64,000 nt of DNA from an uncultured Gemmatimonadales bacterium. Its GTDB lineage: Bacteria; Gemmatimonadota; Gemmatimonadetes; Gemmatimonadales; GWC2-71-9. A program made the translations under genes and the position numbers. This document shows positions 40,029 to 50,411 of the stretch, one piece after another; position 1 is the first letter of the stretch; each line of letters opens with the position of its first letter. The stretch is taken from NCBI GenBank assembly GCA_963842945.1, contig CAWJIM010000003.1:64001-128000 (forward strand). Reading direction: 5' to 3'. The notes below the pieces were generated by a model. It did no database searches. It was given only the letters and a program-made list of their open reading frames with translations, and was not told where the DNA came from.

Positions 40029-41291
40029 ATGCGTTCCGTGTTGTTCGTCGATCCGCCCGCCTTCTGTACCACGCTGGAAGGTCTGGTGGCCCCGGCCCTC
40101 CGAACCCGCCCGCTCGCCATCGCGCGCGCGGGAGCAGACCGGGCCACCGTTCTCGCGCTCTCACCCGAGGCGCGATTGGCCGGGCTGACCCCCGGCATGC
40201 CGGTGCAAAAGGCCCAGCGGCTCTGCCGCGACCTCATCGTGGTGCCGCCCAACCCGCAGCTCTACGCCCGAGCGTCTCGTGCCCTGCACGAGATTCTGCA
40301 GCTGTTTGCCCCGACCATAGAGCCCCGGGGATATGGCCATGCCTTTCTCGATCTCACCGGAACCGGCCGGCTCTTCGGCCCGCCGCAGGACGTTGGGGCG
40401 CGGCTGGGGCGAGAAGTGCGGAACCGGCTCCGCTTTCCTATCTCTGTTGGCATTGCCGGGAACAAGCTGGTGAGCCAGGCGGCAATACGGGCGGACAGGC
40501 GGACAGGCGGATGGGCGGACGGAACCAGCGGCAATGAGCTCTTATACGTACCGGCCGGTAACGAACGAGAGTTCCTGGCGCCTCAGCCTCTGGAAGTACT
40601 GCCCGAACTGGATCCCGACATGCGGTTTCGGCTGGACGAGTATCAGCTGGAGCTGGTCGGGGAAGTGGCGAATATCTCCGAGAGCGCGCTCTGCTCGGTG
40701 TTCGGGCGGGGCGGCCGGGTGCTCCGGGCCAGAGCCCGTGGAATCGACCCGCGTCCGGTCCTCTCACCGGAGCAGCAGTCCGTGTTTTGCCTGGTGCATA
40801 CGCTGTCGAGCGATACCAACGATCTCGGCATTCTGCATCCGGTCCTGCGCTTGCTGAGCGAGCGGCTGGGTCGGCGGCTGCGTCGCCGGGAGCTCGCTGC
40901 CGGCCGGTTGCGCTTGCAGGCCACCTACGCGGATTACACTACCGTCACCCGCAGCGTTCCGCTGAGCGCCGCGGTGCTCGATGCGGAGCTTTGGGATGCG
41001 GCTCGGCGAGCCTTTGCCGTGGCCAACAGCAAACGGCTGGCAGTCCGTTCACTGGCGCTCACGCTGGATCAGCTGGTAGAGAAAGAGGCGCAGCTGGATC
41101 TATGGGCCGGTCAGCGGGGCGGGTACCGCTTGCGGGTGGATGGGCGGAGGGGCAGCAAAAGCACGCCGGCCAAGATATCGCAGACTGCCCCGCTGCCCCG
41201 CTGCCCCGCTGCCCCGCCACTCTCCAGTACGCCATCGATCACATTCATGCTCGCTATGGTGCCGGTGCACTCCGGCAGGGAGTGCCGCTGA
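40029..41291 (+). CDS. imuB: Y-family polymerase-like protein, probably inactive (ImuB-like); C-terminus frameshifted and end uncertain
   Basis: LSPEARLAGLTPGMP, SVGIAGNKLV and ARGID are present; the SxDE motif reads GYGH; QLDLW clamp motif; AIDHIHARYG tail in the next frame. Confidence 0.75.
   Translation: MRSVLFVDPPAFCTTLEGLVAPALRTRPLAIARAGADRATVLALSPEARLAGLTPGMPVQKAQRLCRDLIVVPPNPQLYARASRALHEILQLFAPTIEPRGYGHAFLDLTGTGRLFGPPQDVGARLGREVRNRLRFPISVGIAGNKLVSQAAIRADRRTGGWADGTSGNELLYVPAGNEREFLAPQPLEVLPELDPDMRFRLDEYQLELVGEVANISESALCSVFGRGGRVLRARARGIDPRPVLSPEQQSVFCLVHTLSSDTNDLGILHPVLRLLSERLGRRLRRRELAAGRLRLQATYADYTTVTRSVPLSAAVLDAELWDAARRAFAVANSKRLAVRSLALTLDQLVEKEAQLDLWAGQRGGYRLRVDGRRGSKSTPAKISQTAPLPRCPAAPPLSSTPSITFMLAMVPVHSGRECR
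41105..41218. repeat. 8-bp-unit palindromic repeat inside the imuB-like gene
   Basis: (CTGCCCCG)x4 at 41185-41216 with an upstream G-rich arm. Confidence 0.75.
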
Positions 41292-41316
41292 CTGCTCGCC
41301 GCCTGGGGTCTCTCCG

Positions 41317-42297
41317 TCACCAGACCACCACGACCTTGCCAAAGGTCGCATTGCCTTCGAGCACCCGATGTGCATCGGCCAGTTGAGTCATTGGGTAGGT
41401 CCGCTCCAACACCGGCCGGAGCGCCGCCGGCTGGCCGAAGCGCGGCTCGAACAGCGGCAGCATTCGGTTTCCGAACTCCCGAACCAGGGGAATTCTCTCT
41501 TCCACTCCCCGGGTTCGCATGACCGTGCCCACGATCTCCAGCCGCTTCCGCAGCAGTGGGCCCAGATCGGCAGTGGTCTGGCTCCCCGCCAGAAAGCCGA
41601 GCACAATGAGCCGGCCCCGCGGCGCGAGCACCGCCAGGTTATCGGCCAGCGCTGGGCCACCGAGCACGTCGAACACCACGTCTACCGGCTCCCCGATTGC
41701 CTCGGGAAAAGGCGTGCGACTGGTATCGATGCCCACGTCCAGCCCGTACACCAGGGCCCGGGCCAGCTTGTCGCTGCTGCGCGAGGTGCCGATCACGGTG
41801 GCGCCGAGCTGTTTGGCAATCTGGGAGGCTGCCGTGCCGAGGCCGCTGCCAACCGCGTGAATCAGCACCCGCTCACGAGGCTGCAGCCGCCCTCGAGTCA
41901 CCAGCGCATCGTAGGCGGTGAGAAACGCCTCGGGAATGGCCGCCGCCTCTTGGTAGGAAAGTCCCGCGGGAATCGGCAGCGCTTCATCCTGGTGCACCAC
42001 CACCAGCTCGGCCTGGGCCCCGCCTCCAACCAGCCCCATCACGCGGTCGCCCACCCGCCACTGGGTAACGCCCGGCCGAACCGCCTCGACCTCGCCGGCG
42101 TACTCCAGTCCCGGGATATTGGCCGGCCAGCCCGAGGGCGCAGCGTAGTGTCCCCTGCGTTGGATAATGTCCGCCCGGTTCAGCCCGGCGGCGTGCACCC
42201 GCACCCGAATGTGGTCCGGCCGGACCTCGGGTTTGGGGACCTCACCGATGGTAATGACCTCGGGGCCACCGGCCCCCTCGTAAATCGCTGCACGCAT
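41317..42297 (-). CDS. NAD(P)H quinone oxidoreductase (zeta-crystallin/PIG3 family)
   Basis: GLNRADIIQRRG, PGLEYAG, IPEAFLTA, HAVGSGLG, GKVVV. Confidence 0.9.
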   Translation of the reverse strand: MRAAIYEGAGGPEVITIGEVPKPEVRPDHIRVRVHAAGLNRADIIQRRGHYAAPSGWPANIPGLEYAGEVEAVRPGVTQWRVGDRVMGLVGGGAQAELVVVHQDEALPIPAGLSYQEAAAIPEAFLTAYDALVTRGRLQPRERVLIHAVGSGLGTAASQIAKQLGATVIGTSRSSDKLARALVYGLDVGIDTSRTPFPEAIGEPVDVVFDVLGGPALADNLAVLAPRGRLIVLGFLAGSQTTADLGPLLRKRLEIVGTVMRTRGVEERIPLVREFGNRMLPLFEPRFGQPAALRPVLERTYPMTQLADAHRVLEGNATFGKVVVVW

Positions 42298-42319
42298 AGA
42301 GCCCGAAACATACATCTCC

Positions 42320-42864
42320 ATGGCTGAGACTTATTGCGATGCGGCCTCGGGCCATGAGTGGCACGGGCCCTATCACGATCGGGAGTACGGCTTCCCTCTT
42401 GAGGACGATGCCGCCCTGTTCGAGCGCCTGATGCTGGAGATCAATCAGGCGGGGCTGTCCTGGGTCACCATTCTCAGGAAACGGGAAGCCTTCCGGCAGG
42501 CCTTCGGCGGCTTTGCTCCCGAGATAGTCGCGGCGTACGGCAACGCCGATCGCAAGCGGCTGCTCAACGACAGCGGCATTGTCCGGAACCGGCTGAAGAT
42601 CGAAGCTGCCATTGCCAACGCGCAGAAGATTCTTGAGCTCCGGAAAAGCCACGGCTCCTTTGCCGGCTGGCTGGCCGCCCATCACCCCCGAGAGAGAGGA
42701 TGGGTCAAGCTCTTCAAAGGCACCTTCCGTTTTACCGGTGGAGAGATCGTGAATGAGTTTCTGATGAGCATCGGGTATCTGCCCGGGGCCCACGCCCCAG
42801 TTGCCCGGTGTACCATCGTATTCTCGAGCTTCGCCCGCCCTGGTCAGTGCGAGGTAACTCATGA
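42320..42864 (+). CDS. tag: DNA-3-methyladenine glycosylase I, frameshift near 42798
   Basis: YHDREYG, LEINQAGLSW, IVRNRLKI, FRFTG. Confidence 0.9.
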
Positions 42865-43641
42865 GTCACACCCGAACTCCCGGCCCCGCCGGGACACTGG
42901 CGCTGGACGATGGTGGTCACGGCGGAGTTCCGGTTGTTCTGGCGCATTCGCTGGCCGGAACATCCGCGCACTGGTCTGGCCAGCTTCAGCATCTGCGCTC
43001 GAGCCGGCGTGCGGTGGCGTTCGACTTTCGGGCCCACGGCGCGTCCGAGCCAGCCAGGAACCGCGACTATTCGATCAGCGGATTGGCGGGCGATCTCGGC
43101 GCCGTGGTCGACAGCTTGGGCATCGGGAGGTTCGTGCTGGTGGGCCACAGCCTGGGTGGTGGAGTCGCCCTGAAGTATGCCGGCGCTCATGCCGATCGGG
43201 TGGCCGGTCTGCTGCTGCTGGACCCGATCGGCGATGGCAGCCAGATCCCTGCCGAGCAGGCTGCCTCTTTTCTCCAGGCCCTCCAGGCCGATTACGACAG
43301 CGTCATCCAGGGATACTGGTCGCAGATCGCCGGACCCAACGCGGCGGTCAAGGACCGTCTGCTGGCTGACCTGCGGGCTACACCCCGGGAGGCGGTCGAG
43401 CAGCTGTTTCGGGAGGTCATGCAGATTTGATCCTCGCCCTTCATTCGCCGGCTATCGAGGCCCGATCCTGTCCGTGGTGACACCCAACAACGATGAGCCA
43501 TTCAGTCTTCACCGCGTGGGAAAGGGCTTCCCTCATCGGGTGGTTACGGACACCGGCCACTGGATTCAGCTGGATAAGCCAGAAGTGGTCAATCAGCTAC
43601 TGGATGAGTTTTTAACCCGTGAGCGGGGAACAACAGCGTAA
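42861..43641 (+). CDS. Alpha/beta fold hydrolase, frameshift near 43425
   Basis: DFRAHGAS, GHSLGG, TGHWIQLDKP. Confidence 0.85.
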
Positions 43642-43706
43642 GCAGCACCAGTCGTCCCGCTCACCGCTCACGCTTTTCTTGTCCCGCTCACGCAGTTGAG
43701 AAGAAG

Positions 43707-46700
43707 ATGTTCACTCACCTGCATGTCCATTCCCACTTCTCCTTCGGCCTCGGCGTGTCCAGCCCGGATGTGCTGGCTGAAGCGGCCGCCCGGCGAGGCT
43801 TCCGCGCTCTAGCCTGCACCGACAGCAACGGCGTCTATGGAGCGGTGGAGTTCCAGCGCGCCTGTGTCGCCGCTGGTATCCGGCCCATCCTGGGCGCTCA
43901 TCTGATCGCAGACGGCCAGGAGGTGGTCGCACTGCCAACCGATGAGCGCGGGTGGGGCGCATTGTGCCGGGCAATAACCCGAATTCACTGGGGCAGCCAA
44001 TCCAGCGAAGCCCGGAGGGACGTGCCGGTGGAGGAAGGCGCGCAAGGGGTGGGGCGGAAAGGTTGTCAGGCGCGACCCGACGAAACCGGCGCGTCCCTCC
44101 GGGCGAAGCGGCTCGAGAAATTGCTGGGCTCAGTGGCAACCGACCGCGAAGGCCTGATTCTCCTGTCTCGCGATCCCGCGTTCCTCGAGCAGACCCTCAG
44201 ATTAAGTGGACCGGACAACCTCTACGCCGAGCTGCGCCCGGGCAGCCAACGCCACGAGACCATGGCGGCTGCCCGCCGGTTGGGCTTGCCCGTGGTGGCA
44301 ACCAACGGAGTGGTGGCCGCGGATGCCGAGGACTGGAGCCGCCACCGCCTGCTTCGGGCCATCGCGCTCAACACCACCCTCTCCGCCCTTCCCGCAGCCG
44401 AGCTCTGGCCGCAGCGGGCCTGGCTCTGCCCCGTTCCCGAGCTGGCCCGTCACTTTCCCGACTGTCCCCAGGCATTGTCGGCGGCCGAGGAAATCGCCGA
44501 GCGGTGCGGCTATGCCATACCGATCGGAAACCGCACGGTTCCTCCCCGGATTGCCGATACGGCGGGAGCCTTCGATCAGCTTCGGGCACTGACGCTGGAA
44601 GGAGCCCGCCGGCGCTATCCAGCCATCACGCCCGAGCTGCAGGAGCGGCTGGATCTGGAGCTCGGCATCATCGGCCGCAAGGGATTCGCGGATTATTTCC
44701 TGGTGGTCCGCGACATCGTTCATCACGGACCGACTCATTGCGGTCGCGGGTCGGTGGCCAACTCGGTCGTGAGTTATTGTCTCGGCATTACCCACGTCGA
44801 TCCGATTGCTTCCAAGCTCGTGTTCGAGCGCTTTCTCAATCTGGAGCGCCGCGATCCTCCCGACATCGATCTCGATTTTCCCTGGGACGAGCGCGATCAG
44901 GTGCTGGAATACGTCTTCCGGCGCTATCCCCAGCTTCACTCCGCCATGGTGGCCAATCACAATTGCTTCCAGGCTCGAGGTGCGCTCCGTGAAGTGGCCA
45001 AGGTGCATGGCCGGCCGGCCGGTGAGATCCGGGAGGTAACTCGCCGCATTCCATTTTTCGAGGATGGAGAACGCCGGCTTCCCGACCTGATCGCGACGCA
45101 CCCCAACTTCCGCGGACTCAACCTGGCAAGCCAGTGGGAGGAGTTTGCCCGGACAGCAGAGGGTCTGGTCGGTCTGCCCCGGCACCTGTCGGTGCACGCC
45201 GGTGGGGTGGTTATCACGCCCACACCTCTGACGGACTACGTCCCGGTCGAGCCGGCCACCAAGAAACTGGACTGCAATCCGGAGCTGGTGGTGCCGGTCA
45301 TTCAGTTCGAGAAGGACGGAACCGAGGATGCCGGGCTGGTCAAAATCGATCTCCTGGGCAATCGCTCGCTGGCGGTAATCCGGGATGCCATCGATGCGGT
45401 CCATGGCCACACCAACCATCGGATCGATTACACCTCGTCCACCGCCGGCGATGATGAAGCCGCCAAGGCCCTGTTCCGGACCGGCCAAACGATGGGAGTG
45501 TTCTACACCGAGTCTCCAGCTTCGCGGTTGCTCTGTGCCAAGAGCCGGGCCGATACCTTCGAGCTGCTGGTACTCAACACCAGCATGATCCGGCCGGCCT
45601 CGAACAAGTACATCCAGCTCTATCTCGAGCGGCTGCGCAACCACGCTCCTTACGAGCCTCTCGATCCCTCGCTGCGGGATACTCTGGCCGATTCCTTTGG
45701 AATCATGGTTTATCAGGAAGACGTGGTGAACGTCTGCACCACCTTTGCCGGAATGTCTCCGGCCACCGGCGACGGACTCCGCAAAGCTCTCTCCAAGAAA
45801 CGTCCGGCCAAGCACCTCGGCGCCTATGCGGAGGAGTTCTTCACCGGCGCGTTGCGCCTGGGACGCAACCCGGAAGCGGCCAAGCTCGTCTGGGACATGA
45901 TCATGTCATTTGCCGGATACAGCTTCTGCAAGGGTCACTCCTGCTCCTATATCCAGATTGCGCAACACTCCTGCGCGCTCCGGGCCCATCATCCGGCGGA
46001 GTTCATGGCGGCGGTGCTGTCCAATGGCGGCGGGTACTACCAGTCCTTCGCCTATGTGGCGGAGGCCATGCGCATGGGGCTCACGATTCTTCCGCCGGAT
46101 ATCAATGCCAGTGAGTTCCGTTGCACCGGCAAGGAGCGGGACATCCGGATCGGGCTGCAATTTGTGAAGGGACTCTCGGCCGACGCTGTAGAGCGGATCT
46201 TCGCGGCGAAGCCGTTCACCAGCATCTTCGATCTTCGCGCCCGGACCAGAATCGGGCCCAGCGATCTCCGGCTTCTGATCAAGGTTGGTGCCCTCGACTC
46301 CATCGCGCAGGGCTGGACCCGGCCGATGATGTTGTGGATGGTGGATGCAGCGGGACAGCGGGCGGCGGGGAGCGGGGCGGCAGAAAGGGCTGCGCAGAAT
46401 CCTCAGAGCAGTGACGGCCCCGCTCCCCGCTCCCCGCCCCCGCCGACTGGTTCGATGATCTACCGCCCGCCGTGCCCGTGCTCAAGGAGTACTCGCCCGA
46501 ACGGCGGCGGCGCGAGGAGTACACCATCCTCGGGTTCATCACCGACGCTCACCCGATGCAGCTCCATGCCGATCACTTGCGAAAGTATCGGCTCTGCCGC
46601 AGCACCGAGCTGCACCGGCATGTCGGGAAACACGTGCTGATGGCCGGAATGCTGACCGCCGCCAAGCCGGTACACGCAAAAACCGAAGAGCCGATGGAGT

Positions 46701-46963
46701 TCGCGACCTTCGACGATGGATATGGCCTGATCGAAACGGTCCTGTTCCCCGATGTGTATCGGAAACGCAGTCACGTGCTGTTCGATCAGGGGCCCTTCAT
46801 TTTCCGGGGGAAGGTAGAGGAAGAGTTTGGAGCCGTCACCCTGACGGTTACCCATCTGGATCGGCTGGACCGCTCCCTGCGGCCTAGGGACTCAAGCCCA
46901 TCGAGCGAGCACCAAAGATCATCGATCCCTCCTGCGCAAAGGGAACCTTCCTCTTCCCTATAG
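43707..46963 (+). CDS. dnaE2: Error-prone DNA polymerase III alpha subunit, frameshift near 46350-46445
   Basis: PHP HLHVHS, GRGSVANS, PPDIDLDF, KIDLLG, YSFCKGH, C-terminal OB fold; short C-terminus; linked to an imuB-like gene. Confidence 0.85.
44005..44109. repeat. REP-like hairpin element in frame within dnaE2
   Basis: 20-bp arms at 44010-44029 and 44085-44104 (19/20 complementary); GCGAAGC at both ends. Confidence 0.7.
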
Positions 46964-47360
46964 GGGTCTGAAACGTGGCCTGGCCTCGCACGGCAAAGGT
47001 ATGGGTTCCCGAGCCCAGCTTCCGCAGACGCTCCGGTGTGGCCTCCCGGACCAGGGCAATCGGCAGAGCTACCGTCGAGACAGTATCCATTGCCACCGGT
47101 ACCGTGCTGTCGCGATTGGTCTCGCCAACGGGCAGGCCATCGAGCCGCAGAGACAGCTCAACTCGCTCGGTGGACAGCGGATAGTCATTGGTGTTCTGCA
47201 TCGCCAGGGCAACTGTCACGGGAGACCGGGCTGGTCCCGACCCCAGCTCCAGAGTAATCTGCGAGACCGTGACTACCGGGTCCTCGTATATCCAGAGACC
47301 CAGTGGAGTGCAGCCTCCTACCAGGAGCCCCCAGCCGAGCCGCCATGTCAGCGATCTCAT
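46884..47360 (-). CDS. LEA type 2 / WHy domain lipoprotein
   Basis: Lipobox VGGC; QNTNDYPL motif; beta-rich. Confidence 0.7.
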   Translation of the reverse strand: MRSLTWRLGWGLLVGGCTPLGLWIYEDPVVTVSQITLELGSGPARSPVTVALAMQNTNDYPLSTERVELSLRLDGLPVGETNRDSTVPVAMDTVSTVALPIALVREATPERLRKLGSGTHTFAVRGQATFQTPIGKRKVPFAQEGSMIFGARSMGLSP

Positions 47361-48524
47361 CCGAATCTTGTCGCAAGCTTCGCACTTTCCTTAGGCGTAG
47401 CTGCAGCCCTGAATGCCTGTAGCTCGTCATCCGAGCCATCCCTACCTCAGGGCACGGGAGCGCGGCTGGAGCCGATCGCGACCGGTCTGAGCTCACCCCT
47501 GTACCTGACGAGTCCCGCTGGCGACCTGAGCCGTCTCTTTGTCGTGGAGCAGACCGGGGGCATCCGCCTGATCAAGGATGGCAGCTTGCTGCCTACTCCA
47601 TTTCTGGACCTGAGCGGCCGGATAGTCGGCCGGCGGTGAGCAGGGTCTCCTGGGACTGGCATTCTACCCGGACTATGCCACCAGTGGCAGGTTCGTGGTG
47701 CACTATACTGACCCCGCTGGAGACACTCATCTCTCCATCTTTCAGGTCTCGGCCGATCCCGACGTCGCCGATCCGGCCAGCGAGCAGGTGATCCTCACGG
47801 CAGACCAGCCGTTTGCCAATCACAACGGTGGCCAGGTGCTGTTTGGACCTGACGGCTTCCTCTATCTCGGTCTGGGAGATGGAGGCGCGGGGAACGATCC
47901 CGAGGGTAGAGGCCAGAACCTCTCGGACCTCCTGGGATCCATCCTCAGGGTGGACGTTCAAAGTGGAACCTCTTACACGATACCGGCCGACAACCCCTTT
48001 GTCGGGCAGGCCGGCGTTCAGCCCGAGGTCTGGAGCTACGGCCTGCGGAATCCCTGGCGATTCAGCTTCGACCGGGTAACCGGCGATCTCTACATCGCCG
48101 ATGTCGGCCAGGGCCAGTACGAGGAAGTCGATGTTGCGCCCGGCGGCGGAGCCGGGAAGGGAGTTCAACTACGGCTGGAACATCATGGAGGGCGCCCACT
48201 GCCTGGACGGCGGGCAGTGCGACCAGACCGGGCTCACTCCGCCCACCTTCGAGTACAGCCACGATCAAGGATGCTCGATCACCGGAGGGTATGTCTACCG
48301 CGGCACCGCCATCCCCGCTCTGCAGGGTCTCTATTTTTTCGGCGACTACTGCCAGGGCTGGGTTCGCAGTATCAGGTACGCCGGAGGTCAGGCGAGCGAG
48401 CTCACCGACTGGCCTACCCTGAGGCCCGGAGGTTCGGTTCTCAGCTTCGGGGAGGATGATGCAGGGGAGCTCTACGTGCTCAGCTCGTCCGGGGGAGTAT
48501 TCAAGCTGATGTCCCGCTCCGTAG
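47345..48524 (+). CDS. PQQ-dependent sugar (glucose/sorbosone) dehydrogenase family protein, frameshifted
   Basis: LFVVEQTG, NHNGG..FGPDG.LY, YGLRNPWRFSFD, NYGW, SFGED. Confidence 0.85.
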
Positions 48525-48529
48525 GATGC

Positions 48530-49459
48530 ATGGAAACCGCGGCTGAAGCTCCCAGCCAGGCTACCTTCGAGCGGCTCCGATCTCGCATTCCTGCAACAGT
48601 CCGCTTCGGAACCTCCACCTGGAACTACCCGGGATGGCAAGGCCTGGTGTACCATCAGGATTACGGTCCCAAGGGCGCCGCCGCCCGAATGCTGAAAGAG
48701 TACGCCGCCTTTCCGCTGTTCGGGACCGTCGGCATCGATTCGAGCTACTATGGGCCACCCACCGAAGCCGTCCTGACGAGCTACGCGGAAAACCTTCCTC
48801 CTGGATTTCCCTGCATCAGCAAGGTCTGGGGTCAACTCACGATCCACACCTTTACCAAGGCTCAGGACCCGGATCGGGCCGGGAAACGCAACCCTGATTT
48901 CCTCAACCCCGAGCTCTTCATTGACGAGATTTACCAGCCTTACCGCCGCTACTTTGTCCGGAACGCCGGTCCGTTCGTGTTCGAATTTCAGACGATTGCC
49001 AAGTTTACCGGTTTGGATGCCGAGTCTTTTGCCGAACGGCTGGATCAGTTCTTCTCCGCACTGCCCCGGGATGCCGAGTACGCGGTTGAAATCCGGAATG
49101 AAGAATTCCTGACGCCGATGTACTTCGCGGTGCTACGCGAGCATGGCGTGGCTCACGTCTTTAACTCCTGGACCAGAATGCCGCCGATTGGCCATCAGCT
49201 CGATCTCCCCAACTCGCTGACCGGCCCGTTCATTCTTGCGCGAGCCCTGCTCCGCCCCGGCCGGACCTACAACGAGGCCGTCGACGCCTTCGCGCCCTAT
49301 GACAAGATCCGAGAGCCCAATCCGAAGCTCCGGCGGGATCTGGTTCGCCTGGTCGAGACCGCGGTGAAGACCAAGATCCCGGCCTATCTTCTGATCAACA
49401 ACCGGGCGGAGGGCAGTGCGCCATTGACCATTGCGGCGGTGGCTCAGCTGCTCAACTAG
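48530..49459 (+). CDS. DUF72 (YecE-like) protein
   Basis: FGTSTWNYPGW, GIDSSYY, YAVEIRN, INNRAEGSAP. Confidence 0.85.
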   Translation: METAAEAPSQATFERLRSRIPATVRFGTSTWNYPGWQGLVYHQDYGPKGAAARMLKEYAAFPLFGTVGIDSSYYGPPTEAVLTSYAENLPPGFPCISKVWGQLTIHTFTKAQDPDRAGKRNPDFLNPELFIDEIYQPYRRYFVRNAGPFVFEFQTIAKFTGLDAESFAERLDQFFSALPRDAEYAVEIRNEEFLTPMYFAVLREHGVAHVFNSWTRMPPIGHQLDLPNSLTGPFILARALLRPGRTYNEAVDAFAPYDKIREPNPKLRRDLVRLVETAVKTKIPAYLLINNRAEGSAPLTIAAVAQLLN

Positions 49460-50411
49460 GAAGTCTGACCTCCAGCGACCACTCGCGCTCTTCGCCTGGC
49501 TGGAGTATCTGAGCGGTGCGCCAGTCGCCGACCGCAACGTCCAGCCGGTCAGGTGCGCCGATGCAAGGCTCCAGAGCCAGGTTGTAGTAGGGCTTCCGAC
49601 CCGGCGGAGCCCAGCCCTGGCAGTTGATCCACACGCCCACCTGCGGCACCTCCGCTGCACGCACAACCATCTCGAGTTGCTCGCCTTTCCGAGGGTCGGT
49701 CAACCTGAGCGTACTCTCGCCGCTCAGGTCGCCAAAGAGCTTGATCGCCCAGCCACCATTTTCGGGAAAGGTGAATCGATCGGCATTGCCCCCAATGGCG
49801 CCGGGCCAGCTCACCACATCGTTCTCACTCAGGTCGTCCCGGCCATGAACCGCGTCGATCTTTACCTGGGTTACGCCCGATAAGGTCAACTCGGAACCGG
49901 GCTGCACATTCAGGAGGGGATGAGACGACCAGATCCAGGGAAACGGCGTGTTGCCCCGGTGACGCACGCGGTATCGGAAGCGTGCCACCGGCTGATGAGA
50001 ATCCAGGGTGACCTCCCGTTGGAACTCATAGGGAAATGCGCTTCCCTGGGCTGACCCCGCCAGCGTTGTTCCTTCGGCATGGTCGTACACCGAGCTGGAC
50101 CAGGGAGCGCTCCACAGCTCACCATGATCGGGCAAGGGCGGAGTGTCGCCCGGCGCTCCCGGAATCGGGCACGGACCTACCGTGGGGAAGCACTCGTCCC
50201 ATCCGCCACTGTCGGCGGTGTCCACATAAGACGTCCCTTGCTCGGGCAAGGCGAGCGGAATCTGATCGCTGCGCCACAGCCATTCACGCCCGTTCACCCG
50301 CCGGAGGTTGGTAAGCTTCATCCCGATGGAGGGGACCGCGACAACCTCAAGCTCGGCGGATCGGAGAGCGACAGCCGGAAAGCCGGAGACTTTAGTTTGC
50401 CGGAAGGACAT
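49452..50411 (-). CDS. Galactose mutarotase-like / aldose epimerase family protein
   Basis: GGWDECFPT, DHGELW, WSSHP, LALEP. Confidence 0.75.
   Translation of the reverse strand: MSFRQTKVSGFPAVALRSAELEVVAVPSIGMKLTNLRRVNGREWLWRSDQIPLALPEQGTSYVDTADSGGWDECFPTVGPCPIPGAPGDTPPLPDHGELWSAPWSSSVYDHAEGTTLAGSAQGSAFPYEFQREVTLDSHQPVARFRYRVRHRGNTPFPWIWSSHPLLNVQPGSELTLSGVTQVKIDAVHGRDDLSENDVVSWPGAIGGNADRFTFPENGGWAIKLFGDLSGESTLRLTDPRKGEQLEMVVRAAEVPQVGVWINCQGWAPPGRKPYYNLALEPCIGAPDRLDVAVGDWRTAQILQPGEEREWSLEVRLPS

Noticed and set aside
40029..41291. Active DNA polymerase IV (dinB)
   Set aside because: The catalytic SxDE motif is replaced by GYGH
42320..43369. Extended 349-aa Tag protein
   Set aside because: One missing base near 42798 explains the read-through; the corrected stop overlaps the next ATG
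44202..45815. Long antisense ORFs (for example 44202-45815, 28566-29891, 54499-55917)
   Set aside because: Shadow frames of well-supported genes in GC-rich DNA, with no recognisable motifs
47345..48524. Methanol dehydrogenase feeding the fae operon
   Set aside because: Motifs match the soluble glucose/sorbosone dehydrogenase family, not XoxF/MxaF
48101..49459. Sugar dehydrogenase-DUF72 fusion
   Set aside because: The dehydrogenase is already multiply frameshifted and DUF72 has its own ATG at 48530; the fusion is probably an artefact but this is not proven
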